64,000 bases of DNA from Selaginella moellendorffii (lineage: Eukaryota > Plantae > Lycopodiophyta), in assembly GCF_000143415.4 (NCBI RefSeq), contig NW_003314270.1, forward strand, positions 1,915,048-1,979,047. Direction: 5' to 3'. The notes below the pieces were generated by a model. It worked only from the letters and a program-made list of their open reading frames with translations, searched no databases and was not told the DNA's origin. The position numbers and the translations under genes are program-made. Positions 23,132 through 33,500 of the stretch are shown one piece after another. The first letter of the stretch is position 1, and the number at the start of each line of letters is the position of its first letter.

Positions 23132-23353
23132 ATGGCTCAAGTTCATGTTGCGGAGTTGAAGGGCAATCAACAGGAGCTCAGTCCTAACAAGCGCATGGGC
23201 TGTTTTGGATGGAGGAGTAGCAGCAACAAGACCAGCAAGATCAAGCCCAAGAAGAATGCCCAAGTCTCAGATGGGAAGATCAAGGAGAGAAAACAAGAAC
23301 AAGCAATAATTGTTCCATACTTTGCGGCTTCAGCCAGATTGTCAATGCTGTGA
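23132..23353 (+). CDS. Small protein type A, copy 3 (73 aa)
   Basis: Intact ORF, two substitutions versus the 8806 copy. Confidence 0.7.
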   Translation: MAQVHVAELKGNQQELSPNKRMGCFGWRSSSNKTSKIKPKKNAQVSDGKIKERKQEQAIIVPYFAASARLSML

Positions 23354-23504
23354 CATGGATTTGCACAGATTCAAGATTTTTTCCTTTTCGTCTTGAAGAT
23401 GCGAACTTGTAATATATTTTGTTGTTTCATGAATTGAAATCAGTCAAAAAAATCTCTTCAATTCATTCTCAATGATCACAAAAGAAGAACTGAGAATGTG
23501 GAAA

Positions 23505-23935
23505 ACGGTTTGAGGACATCAGTGACATTCTCTCAGCCGCTCACTCACTTTGCCTGGTAGTCTTCAATCTGAGGCGAAGATCAAGGCGTATAATGAGGAA
23601 AACTACGAGCAAATCCTCGCATCCAGAACCCGCAAGGACTCTCTCTCTCTGTCTCACATACACACACAGGCTGTGGAGATTAGCACCGCTCTCCAGCAAG
23701 AGCAAGGCTTCACTGAAACGAGAGAAGCCGTAGAACAACGAGAAATTCTTTTCAATGGCAGCGAGAATTTGGATAAAAAACAGGGACCTTCTTGAGCGTA
23801 CGCGCCGGTAGTGGCGGGTATGTTGATGCAGCAGCCAACGAGACAGCCCGAGATTGGCTCAACGGTGGATCCAGAGGCGCAGAGGATTCGAGAGTTGCGA
23901 GCCGCCATCGCCGGCAGGACACAGCTCAATGGATG
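23505..23935 (+). pseudogene. MAT1 pseudogene
   Basis: Shares the 5' deletions of the 9200 copy. In-frame stop at 23793-23795. Confidence 0.85.
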
Positions 23936-23997
23936 AAGCAGCAAGCTAATGGACACAATATTGATCCATTAGATCCATCTTAGGTCTTAGAATTTGG

Positions 23998-24157
23998 AGA
24001 GGGCCGCGCGTACGCGAGCCCTCAACTTCCACAAATTACGACGTCCACTCCTCCACTTTGGGAAGATGGTAGGCCGGCCAAGCCGTAGTGCAATGGGAAA
24101 GCCGAACCTAGGCCATTGGCCTTCATGATCACCAATAGACCCCGTCCAGGTAAGTAT
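23998..24157 (-). ncRNA. U1: U1 snRNA, copy 3
   Basis: All U1 motifs intact. TATA ~24183, USE ~24217-24226. Confidence 0.95.
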
Positions 24158-24266
24158 GGAACTCTTCCCCAGGCCCTAGCTTATATACCGTTTTAGTGGC
24201 CTCATTCACGCCCCGGCATGTGGGATAGGGCAAAGAATCGGCGCAGCATATCCTTCGGTCAAAGAC

Positions 24267-24715
24267 CTAGCCACCTGTCAAACGGTCAGCATCTTGACTC
24301 TCCAGCCTATCGCGTCCTCGGCGTCGATCGAGTGTCGCTGCTCATCCTCCTCCCAGGCCGTGGAAAGACCCGCCGGGCACCCTCCAAATGCCCGTTGTTC
24401 ACGTAGGCCTCAAAGATCGCCCAGTATGCCTCGTTCCTTAGGTGGCCAATGGCGTCAAACACTTGGCGGGCTTCCTCCACGCCACCCCACTTTCCAAATG
24501 CCTGGATCGTCACGTTCTTGAGCTCGCGGTTGTCTCCGGTGTGAGCTTGCGTGCAGATGATCTCGCCTCACCTCGAGCAAGTTGTCAGCCTCCAAGCCTG
24601 GTGGTCAGTGCCTCCACCTCGGGTTTCCATACAGTCTGTAGATCCGAATTGCTGCGCGTTTTATCCGCCCCTCCTCGCTGAGTGGCTTTCCCATCTTCTT
24701 CCGGAAGATCCCCAT
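24267..24715 (-). pseudogene. Deleted copy of the 498-aa PLS-PPR
   Basis: Retains both termini of 14846-16342 but about 1 kb is missing internally. Confidence 0.85.
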
Positions 24716-24793
24716 AGCTCAAGAAACTTTCGAAGCCGCAAACATGGAGATGATTAAAAGACTTTAAACACAAACAATGCATCGCCGTGCCTC

Positions 24794-24866
24794 CGCCGAC
24801 CGTGGGGCTCGAACCCACGACCACAAGGTTAAGAGCCTTGCGCTATACCAGCTGAGCTAGGTCGGC
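24794..24866 (-). tRNA. tRNA-Lys(CTT), copy 2 (D-stem mismatch)
   Basis: Full 73-nt cloverleaf. D stem reads GCTC/TAGC instead of GCTC/GAGC. Confidence 0.85.
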
Positions 24867-24896
24867 TTATACTAATGGTGAAGCAACAGCTTTTCT

Positions 24897-25520
24897 CTAT
24901 GTGTAGAGCATGTATCCCAGGCCATTGACCGTGAAGATGATCGTGACAATGATCGCAAAGAGGCTACACGGGAGCTTGATCCGTCGGAGGAATTTTTCCA
25001 GCTTGGCGATCCAGCGGATGATCGAAGCGAGGTATAGCGTCGTGATTCCCGTGCAGACGCTAACGATCACGTTGGCGGTGCGGTGTGGGCAGTGAAAAAG
25101 GACAGTAAGAATGCTGTAAATGAGAGGCCAGACCAGGGTCGTGATCCCGGCGAAGAAGAGGAAGAAGAGGCACTCGTTGATCCGGCGCTGATCCTCGCTG
25201 GGCTTCCGCTTGCGCTGGATGAGGAGAAAAACTGACCAAAATGTGCCGACTGTGGAGATGATCCCAGCCAGGAACAAGTGGAAGCATCGCCCTCTCTCCT
25301 CCCGCGTCGCGTCGGGCTTGATGAGTGAAATCCCCGTCTGGAAGCAAGTGGAGGCCACGAATGTGAAGGGCGTGATCATCGTCTTGGCGAGCGCCTTGGT
25401 GGGCATCATCTCCATTTCGCCGCGATCATCGGATTCCTGCTGCTGATCCATTCCTTCAACAACTTGGGCATCTTCTTGGGGATCTCTCTGGGAGGCTGAT
25501 TCCATGCCCGATGAAATCAA
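24897..25520 (-). CDS. Intronless multi-pass membrane protein (~5 TM), PGG-domain-like, no ankyrin repeats
   Basis: Acidic N-tail, then hydrophobic helices. FVASTCFQTGI resembles the LIATVTFQAG motif. Likely start at ATG ~25505. Confidence 0.55.
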   Translation of the reverse strand: MISSGMESASQRDPQEDAQVVEGMDQQQESDDRGEMEMMPTKALAKTMITPFTFVASTCFQTGISLIKPDATREERGRCFHLFLAGIISTVGTFWSVFLLIQRKRKPSEDQRRINECLFFLFFAGITTLVWPLIYSILTVLFHCPHRTANVIVSVCTGITTLYLASIIRWIAKLEKFLRRIKLPCSLFAIIVTIIFTVNGLGYMLYT

Positions 25521-25912
25521 TCAATCGAATCGATCAATCCATCCAGAGTTAAGAGGTCAGAACTGTGCTAAGTGGACTTTTGTTCTACGTGTTAATTGTT
25601 GACAAGTATTCTTGACTAAACTTCTTTCTTTGAAGAGGAATTTAACTTTGACCATGACGAGAATCACCTTTTACCTCGAAGTGAAACTTTTCGGATTGTC
25701 GCATTGCTGGTCGAAGGAATCCACCTTATATTAGAAGCTCGTCAGGCGGCACAATGAATCTTTTCTGTTCTCTGCAATTCAAAAAACGCGCGGGAAACCT
25801 AGTGTACGTTGCCACAATATCTCTGGGCCTAGGGTTCTTCATTATAGCTAGAGGAAGAGCTCGCGATCGCGGTTTCGCGTGCTCTGGGGGTTTCGATCGA
25901 TCCAGGGCGGCA

Positions 25913-28900
25913 ATGCAGCAGGGCGAGAAGATTTCGGTCGCGATCCGGGTGAGGCCGCCGATCAGGCAGGAGCTTGTGAGAGGCAGCCAATGGAAGCTTG
26001 GCGCTAGAACGATCGCGCTGTACAATGCGCTCGGCGCTCCTGTGCTGGGTCAATCCTACATGTTTGGTAAGTAGGGCATTGAGCTGCGGCCTTGTGATTG
26101 ATCGTGTTCTTCGTTCCGATAGATCAAATATTTACCAAGGATGCGACCAATGCGAGTGTGTATGAGATCCATGCCAAGGATCTCGTTCTATCTGGGCTTC
26201 AAGGATTCAATGGTCTCTGTCGTTCTTCAGAGTTGTGTGGCTCTCATTGTTTTTTTTTTCCTTTCCCTTCTTTTTGTTGCTCCAGGAACAATTTTTGCTT
26301 ATGGCCAAACCAGCAGTGGCAAAACCTATACAATGCGTGGGTCTGAGCGGGATCCTGGGCTTATCCATCGTGCTATATGCGACGTTTTCAGCACCATTCA
26401 GAGTGTTTGTGTAATTAAATCTGTTCTCTGTGGAGCTTATTTGCTTCTTTGCAGATACTAGACAGGGAGTTCTTGATTCGGGTTTCATACATGGAAATTT
26501 ACAAGGAAGAAATCAACGACTTGCTTGCTCCTGAAAATCGGAAGCTTCGGATACATGAAAACTCCGTGGTATGTATTTTGATTGATCCTGTTTGTGTTTT
26601 GGACTCTACTGAAAAGAACTTCAGCGGGGGATTTTTGTGGCAGGATTACGAGAAGAGATTGTGAGCAGTCCAGGTCAGGTCTTTGAGTTCCTCAAATTTG
26701 GAGAAGGTAAGCGTTAGATTGAAATGCCTAGAAATTATTGTTTGTTAACTTTCAGCTTACCGTCACTTCGGGAAAACCAACATGAATGTTTACAGTAGTC
26801 GATCTCATACCATATTCCGCATGGTTAATATGCTTTTCCTCTGTCAAAGTCAAAGTTGATTCAGTTCTTTGTTTGTAACAGGTAATTGAAAGCAGGGACA
26901 AAACAAACGATGGTCAAGACGATGCATTGGACGCAGTTCGCGTGTCAACTCTCGTAAGTTGCTTAAAATTCGTTTCTGGTAACCTGACAGTTTGTTTTCC
27001 GAAGAATATGGTAGATCTTGCAGGCTCGGAGCGTATCGCCAAAACTGGAGCTGGTGGTGTTCGTCTCAAAGAAGGGACGCATATCAACAAATCCTTGATG
27101 ACACTTGGAACCGTTATCAGCAAGCTTAGTGAAGCTAGTGGCAAGCAAGGGTAATTCAAGTTACATGTTTTCTGCACTAATTTCATGATGCTTACAGTGG
27201 ACACATACCATACCGAAATAGCAAGTTAACTCGGATTCTGCAGTCTGCTCTGGATGGAAATGCTAAAACTGCCGTCATCTGCACAATTACTCCGGATGAG
27301 GTAACGTTGCGGATGGTTCTGCATGTCCTTGATAATTGACACAAGTTAATTCACAGATGCAGCTTGATGAGACACGAGGAACTTTGCAGTTTGCCAGCAG
27401 AGCTAAACGGGTTTCAACATGTGCACAAATTAATGAGGTACTGTTTGCCCGACCAGGAAACTTGCTCTGACATAGCTACTATGCGATAGACAATCACAGA
27501 TGCAGCCTTGCTGAAACGGCAAAAGAAAGAAATCGAAGTATTACGAATGAAACTGCAGGTTTGGATATCATACGAACACGTTAGTCTCTGTCTAACTTAG
27601 TGGATTCAGGGTACGAGATCTGAAGTTTTGGAGAAGGAAATATTGAACTTGAGGAATGATCTGTTAAAGGTTAGTGTCTTTGTCATTTACAATGGAATAT
27701 AACTTACCGGTGATCTTGTGGCCAGTTCGAGCTAGAACGTGAAAGACTGGCTCTGGAGCTTGAGGAAGAGAAAAAAGCTCAAAAAGAGCGCGAGATAAGG
27801 ATTCAAGAACAGGAGCGAAAGATTGAAAACCTGAGCACTCTAGTGATTAGTTCTACGTGGGATGATCGCAAACCATCAAGAAAGGTACTGCCATTTTCGC
27901 TATTTGGGTTTTCTCCTTAAGATTACATGTTCAGAGCAATCGGCGTGAAACATGGTGTCCACGCTTTGTCACTCCAAAATCTCTAAAGGTACATGCTGCC
28001 TTTACCATGGGTTTTACCATTGACCTTGATACAGGATTCTGTAAACTTGGAGTCTCCAATGGTTTCCGCTAGGAAGGATACAGATCTTACTCCAGTGGCC
28101 TTTGAAATGCTCTTTGACGACGACAGCAACTTCAACGATACTCCTCTAGAGGAAACACAAGCGGAGGTGGTTTCAATTCCGTCAGACTTCGAAAATGTTG
28201 CTGACGAGGAGACGTGGATAAGTATGAATAAAGGGTACGTGAGAAGTGACAATACGGATTCAATGTCTTCTGCTACTGATATTGCCGTAAAGAATTTGGC
28301 TGTAAGTTTATTTCTTACTCAGTTTCAGTTTTGTGGCTGATTCATCTGTTTATGTAGGATGAGTTTGAATCATCTGATTTACAGACACAATATGACGTGC
28401 TGCAGCAAGCCCTCGTTTCCAAGGTAACAATTAGAATTGAAGGGCTTGTGATTATGGTTTTAAACAGGACGAGGAGCTGACACGAATGAGGACAGAGCTT
28501 TACTCTTCAATGTTAGAAAAGAAATGCTTAGAGGTAGCCGCTCGCGCATGGTTTTAGAATTTCTTAATTTTTGTTTTTCAGGAGGATTTATTGCAAGAAG
28601 TGCTCTTTCGGCAAGAGCTGGAGAAACACGTCGCACACTTGGAGAAGGAGGCGGTCGTGGGTATAGCACATGCAGGGATTCTGGAGGACGTTTTTAAAGA
28701 CTGCCGATCTTTAGTCTTGTCTGCCATCCAAGTAAGAAACTTGACATTGTTTTCCTGGAGAGACTTCTAACTAGGTGATGCAGGAAGCAAAAGACTTTAT
28801 GTGGACGGCCATGCTGGGCGTCAGTGATAAGCAAACTAACGGGGTCGAGTGTCTGACTTTAGAGAAGGAAAGTGAGTGTAGTGCGCGACAGCAACTCGAA

Positions 28901-29847
28901 CCAAAGGGAAGATATACAGACGAAGTTGAGAGAATGGATGAGATTGACCAACAGGTGAGAAGCATCTCCTGCTTCGAAATGGTTTATGATCTGCTATGGT
29001 GGTCGTTCATAAAGCTTGTGGATCTGATTGGGCTGTGAGGATAGCTAGAGGGAGGCTAACCCGCTCGTTACAATATGTGTTGTCTGGGGGGTAGTACTAG
29101 TGTAGTAAGGAGAATTTCTATCAAGAATATAGGCTGAGAAGGACGAGGTTCTACTTGTAGCAGGCATCAGGTGGGTCGTGATTGTTATAGCCTTTGTTTT
29201 GCGGTAGATGTCAGTGTAGGATATATAATTGCAACTGATGTATAACTTTATTGTTTGCAGTGTAATCTCGACAGGAGAAAGTTTTCTGACGCATATTATT
29301 CAAGGTGAAAACTGTTTTCCATTGCCTTTCGCAGACTTACATACTTTTCCCCTTGCAGAATAACAGAACTCACGGAAACGGAAATCCAGTTGAAGCATGT
29401 GTTGGAGCAATGTATTTCACAGCTGATGAATACCAAGAGTGTCAACAAGCTCCTTTTCGCTGTCAGTAAAAACAACTACAACCTCGAGAGCTACTTCTCA
29501 ATTGCCGACTGACTGCGTAATTTCAGGAAAACGCCGCGCTTTTAAGTGCCAACGCCAGGTCCCAGGAAACAATTGATTTTATGTACGGGAAGATTGAGGT
29601 TTTGACGGACCGCATACGTGAGTCCGACGTCCAGATTCGGCATTTCATCTCGAGCTCACAGGTGAATAGTTTGCCTGTCTTGACAACAAGAAATTCCGGG
29701 AGATTCGGCACTAAAGCTATGACGAACCAACGCTGCAACAACATTACTGGTATGCTAGTTTTGTTATTCACAGCATTCTTCACTCAGGTAGAGAGGGTGA
29801 GATTCCTAGAAGAGCAGCTGGCAGCTGCTTTGATTAGCGCGAGTTAG
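25913..29847 (+). CDS. Kinesin-7 (CENP-E-like) motor protein, many short introns
   Basis: [71 protein letters not shown], followed by coiled coil. C-terminal exon boundaries are less certain. Confidence 0.9.
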
Positions 29848-29944
29848 TTAATGTACAGGTATAAGAATGGTTACCACCATTTTGTGATCGCCATCAACGA
29901 TATCAATTCGTTCCAGTTAACTGTTCTAGTGAGGTAAGAATCTA

Positions 29945-32629
29945 TCATTCGAGCAGTCGTGGCTGACTCACTTGGTGGTTCTTGTTATCACAGTTTTGTT
30001 CCATCAGCTTCATCACTTTGGCTTCCTCGTCTTTCATTCCAGCGGTGGCAAACATCCCAGCAAGAATAGTGTAGGCCACCGAGTCCCCGGGATCCGCTTC
30101 AAACAACTTATGGGCTATCAAAGCTCCGGTCTCCACGTCCCGGCTCGTCCGACAAGCCCCCAGCAGGCTCCTCCAAACCACAACATCAGCCTCAAACGGC
30201 ATTCTCTCCGCGAGTTCCATTGCCTCGGCCAAGCGTCCGGCCCGTCCAAACGCATCGACCATGCAGTAGAAGTGATCCCTCCCGGGCCTCACGCAGTAGT
30301 CCGGCACCATCGACGCAAAGTAGCTCCAGCCCCTGTCCGCCATTCCGTTGTGGCTGCTAGCGAGCAGGATACTCGAGAAAGTCATCTCATCCGGCCTCTC
30401 GCCGTGAAGAACCATCGAGTGGAAGAGCTCCAGGGCCTCCCGGGGATGACCATTCTGGGCATAAGCGGTGACCATGGCGTTCCACGACACAAAGCTCGTC
30501 CGGGGCATGGAGTTGAAGAGCTCTTTGGCTTCCTTGACATGCCCGTTCTGGGCGTACGCCGCTAGCATGGCGGTCTGAGCAACGATGGTCGTCTCGGCCA
30601 TGGAGTGGAAGCACTCCCGGGCCGCGGACAGGTGACCGTTCTGCGCAAGCACGGTTAAAATGGTGGTCTCGGACACCGAGCTCACCTCGGGCATTTTGTC
30701 GTAAACCGCCTTCGCCTGAACCACCTGGCCACTTTGTCCGTACGCTGCCACCATCGCGTTCCATACTGCCACGTCGTGCTTGTTGTTGGCGTCGAAGAGC
30801 GCCTTGGAGCGATGGACGTCGCCGGCGGCGGCGTGGGCGACGAGCATCGCGGTCAGGGCAAAGAGATTGGCGCGCGGATCGTCGCCTCCACGCGGCATGG
30901 AATCGAATGCGCGCTGCGCGTCTCGGATCCGCCCGCCGGCGGCGTACGCCTGGATCATCGCGTTCCACGACACCAAATTGCGCCTTGACATCGCCGCGAA
31001 GATCCCCTCCGCCGCCTCGATCGAGCTGCCGCCGCCGCCATACGCCGCCAGCATCGCGTTCCAGCATACCACATCCCTCTCCGGCATCGAATCAAAGAGC
31101 TCTTTCGCGCGATCCAAGCTCCCATTGCTCGCGCACGCCTGGAGCATCACCGTCCACGACGCCACGTCGCGATGGGGCATGGAATCGAATGCCGCCCTCG
31201 CCACATCGATCCGCCCCTCCCCTCCGTTCGCCTCCACGATCGCGTTCCAGGAGATTACATTCCTCTCGGGCATCGCCGCGAAGAACCCTAACGCGCGCTC
31301 TAGATGCCCTGACGTGGCATACCCAGTCAGCATCGCATTCCACGTCACCAAGCTGCGCTGGGGAATCTTTTCAAAAACTGCGCGCGCGGGCTCCAGGTGG
31401 TGGCCGACGGCATACGTGGACAGCATGGTCGTCCAGGATTCGATGCCGTGGACGGGCATCGTGTCGTACAGATGCTTAGATTCCTCCACGCTGCCACACG
31501 CGTGGAAGAGGATGTTCCACGATATGGAATTCCACTGCGGCATTTTGTGGAAGAGGCCCATCGCGCCGTCCACGTCTCCCAGCTCGGCGTGGAGCTTCAC
31601 CGCCGTGTTCCACGAGATCACGTCGCGACGAGGAACCCTAGCGAAGAGCTCCTTCGCGCGATCGATCTCGCCGCTGTCCGCGAGGAGCTGGAGCATCGCG
31701 TTCCACGACACGGTGCTACGCTCCGGCATCGAATCGAAGAGCCTCTCGGCGGCGGTAAGATTCTTGCTCTGGCCGTGTGCGCTGATGATCGCGTTCCAGG
31801 CGGCGACGCCGCGCTCCGGCATCCTATCAAACGCGGCGCTGGCAGATTCGAGCTCGCCGCTGTGAGCGTAGCCGACGATCATCACTGTCCAGGATATTAC
31901 GGATCTCTCTCGCATCGTCTGGAACAGAGCAGACGCATCTCCCAGATGCCCGCTCGAAGAATACGCTTGGATCATCGCGTTCCAGGAGATTACATTCCGC
32001 TGCGGTGCTCTATCGAAGATTTCTTTGGTTTCCTGGACCAGGCCGTGCTCTCCACACGCACTGATGATGGAGTTCCAGGAGACGATGCTTCTTTCGGGCA
32101 TGCAATGGAACATCCACTTCGCATAAATCAAATGCCCGCTACGAGCAAACGCCTGGATCAAGGTGTTGTAGGAGACGACTGTGCGATCCGGCGCTTGATC
32201 GAAGAGCCTCTTGGCCTCGCCGATCTCGCCGCACTGCGAGTGGACGCCGATGAGGATATTGCAAGCCACGGGATCGCTCCTGTTCTTGTCGGGCATCGCC
32301 GCGAAGAATCTCTTGGCCTCGTCCAGATGCCCGTTATGCGCGTACGCCGCGAGCATCGAGACCCAGGAATGCGCATTCTTGGCCCTCGTCGCGTCGAAGA
32401 CCCAGCGCGAATCCTCGGCGCTGCCGCAGCGGCCATAGCTCTGGACGAGCGAATTCGCGAGGAAGACGTCGCCGGTGGCAGCGCGATCGCCGAGCTCCTC
32501 GAAGATCCGAGCGTGAGCCCGCCGCGCGTCGGTGAGATTCTTGCAGGATCGAAGGAGTTGGATGAGATTCTCGCGTCGATCGATTCTCAGAGCAGTGCTC
32601 ATGTACAGCAGCCAACGGTTAGATTCCAA
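29945..32629 (-). CDS. PLS-class PPR protein with E domain, no DYW (894 aa)
   Basis: More than 20 tandem ~31-aa repeats, ending DYCVRPGRDHFYCMVDAFGRAGRL…VWRSLLGAC. Confidence 0.95.
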   Translation of the reverse strand: MESNRWLLYMSTALRIDRRENLIQLLRSCKNLTDARRAHARIFEELGDRAATGDVFLANSLVQSYGRCGSAEDSRWVFDATRAKNAHSWVSMLAAYAHNGHLDEAKRFFAAMPDKNRSDPVACNILIGVHSQCGEIGEAKRLFDQAPDRTVVSYNTLIQAFARSGHLIYAKWMFHCMPERSIVSWNSIISACGEHGLVQETKEIFDRAPQRNVISWNAMIQAYSSSGHLGDASALFQTMRERSVISWTVMIVGYAHSGELESASAAFDRMPERGVAAWNAIISAHGQSKNLTAAERLFDSMPERSTVSWNAMLQLLADSGEIDRAKELFARVPRRDVISWNTAVKLHAELGDVDGAMGLFHKMPQWNSISWNILFHACGSVEESKHLYDTMPVHGIESWTTMLSTYAVGHHLEPARAVFEKIPQRSLVTWNAMLTGYATSGHLERALGFFAAMPERNVISWNAIVEANGGEGRIDVARAAFDSMPHRDVASWTVMLQACASNGSLDRAKELFDSMPERDVVCWNAMLAAYGGGGSSIEAAEGIFAAMSRRNLVSWNAMIQAYAAGGRIRDAQRAFDSMPRGGDDPRANLFALTAMLVAHAAAGDVHRSKALFDANNKHDVAVWNAMVAAYGQSGQVVQAKAVYDKMPEVSSVSETTILTVLAQNGHLSAARECFHSMAETTIVAQTAMLAAYAQNGHVKEAKELFNSMPRTSFVSWNAMVTAYAQNGHPREALELFHSMVLHGERPDEMTFSSILLASSHNGMADRGWSYFASMVPDYCVRPGRDHFYCMVDAFGRAGRLAEAMELAERMPFEADVVVWRSLLGACRTSRDVETGALIAHKLFEADPGDSVAYTILAGMFATAGMKDEEAKVMKLMEQNCDNKNHQVSQPRLLE

Positions 32630-33500
32630 GAATATCCATTGCTATCCTAGGGCATATTCTTTGTCCGCTACTCGATACCGTAGTAGTAGCCACAACATAT
32701 ACGCTATAGCTACACGATACACACCAGTCTGGCAAGAAAGAAAGAAGGAAAGAAAGAACGAGCAAAGAAAGAGAGAAAGAAAGATCCCTAGGTAGGAGCT
32801 AGGTTTTCTCTCCCAGATATTTTGATCGCGCGGAGAGCTCCGAGCTATGGCGATCGCGGCGTCGAATCGGTGCTCCCTCGTGTTCGTGCGCGTCTGCTGT
32901 TGTGGTGGGGAGCGCCGCGGTAGGGCCTGATCAGATCAAACGGCCAATTTCTCCTCTTTCTTTTCTTTGTTCTTGCGTCGCCATCACGGAACAAGACAGA
33001 GGCGGGCGAGGAGGCGCTGCTACCCCTCTAGCTGCGAGATCGTTGTCGCGGCCATAGCTCTCTGATTCATCCTTTCATTCATGCGGTAAAGGCGTGGCGG
33101 CGGCCTCGAGACGAGGTGAGCTAACCATTCCATTTCGCAGATTTGCGCGTTCTATCGCATTGTTTTGCGCTGATCTCTCGCGGGTGCCAGCTTGATCTGC
33201 GCGCCAGCAAACCAGGCAAAGTGGGCGACGAGGGAAAAAACAAAGAATAGGAGGATAGATAGATAGATCTGGCAGCCAGGCAAACAATGCAGCTGCTCCA
33301 ACGTGCTGATGACGCCGGCAGTGGCTCCGGGGACCCATTTGGCAGCTCGAGCAACCCATGTGATTCGTGACCGGGAGTGGGATCAATCCGGGCCAGGAAC
33401 AGGTCTTAGCTCCAGAAATCTTGGGCGATTTCTAGAGTTGGAGGGGAGGAAGCCTGGCGAGATCTTGCGCAAGAGGAGAACAATTTGAGCGAGAGGAAAG

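Larger units (their letters stand above)
19600..24255. repeat. Segmental duplicate of ~5650-9985 (LINE - DCN1 - type B - type A - MAT1 pseudogene - U1)
   Basis: Long near-identical stretches, e.g. 21650-22700 versus 7200-8250, with differing small indels. Confidence 0.9.

Noticed and set aside
28954-29260. Unusually long kinesin intron as a possible snoRNA host
   Set aside because: No canonical C/D box pair or convincing H/ACA hairpins were visible by eye.
30780-32650. Long antisense ORFs (361 and 417 aa) opposite the PPR, and similar ones opposite the MYB gene
   Set aside because: Shadow ORFs of GC-rich repetitive coding sequence with no independent motifs.
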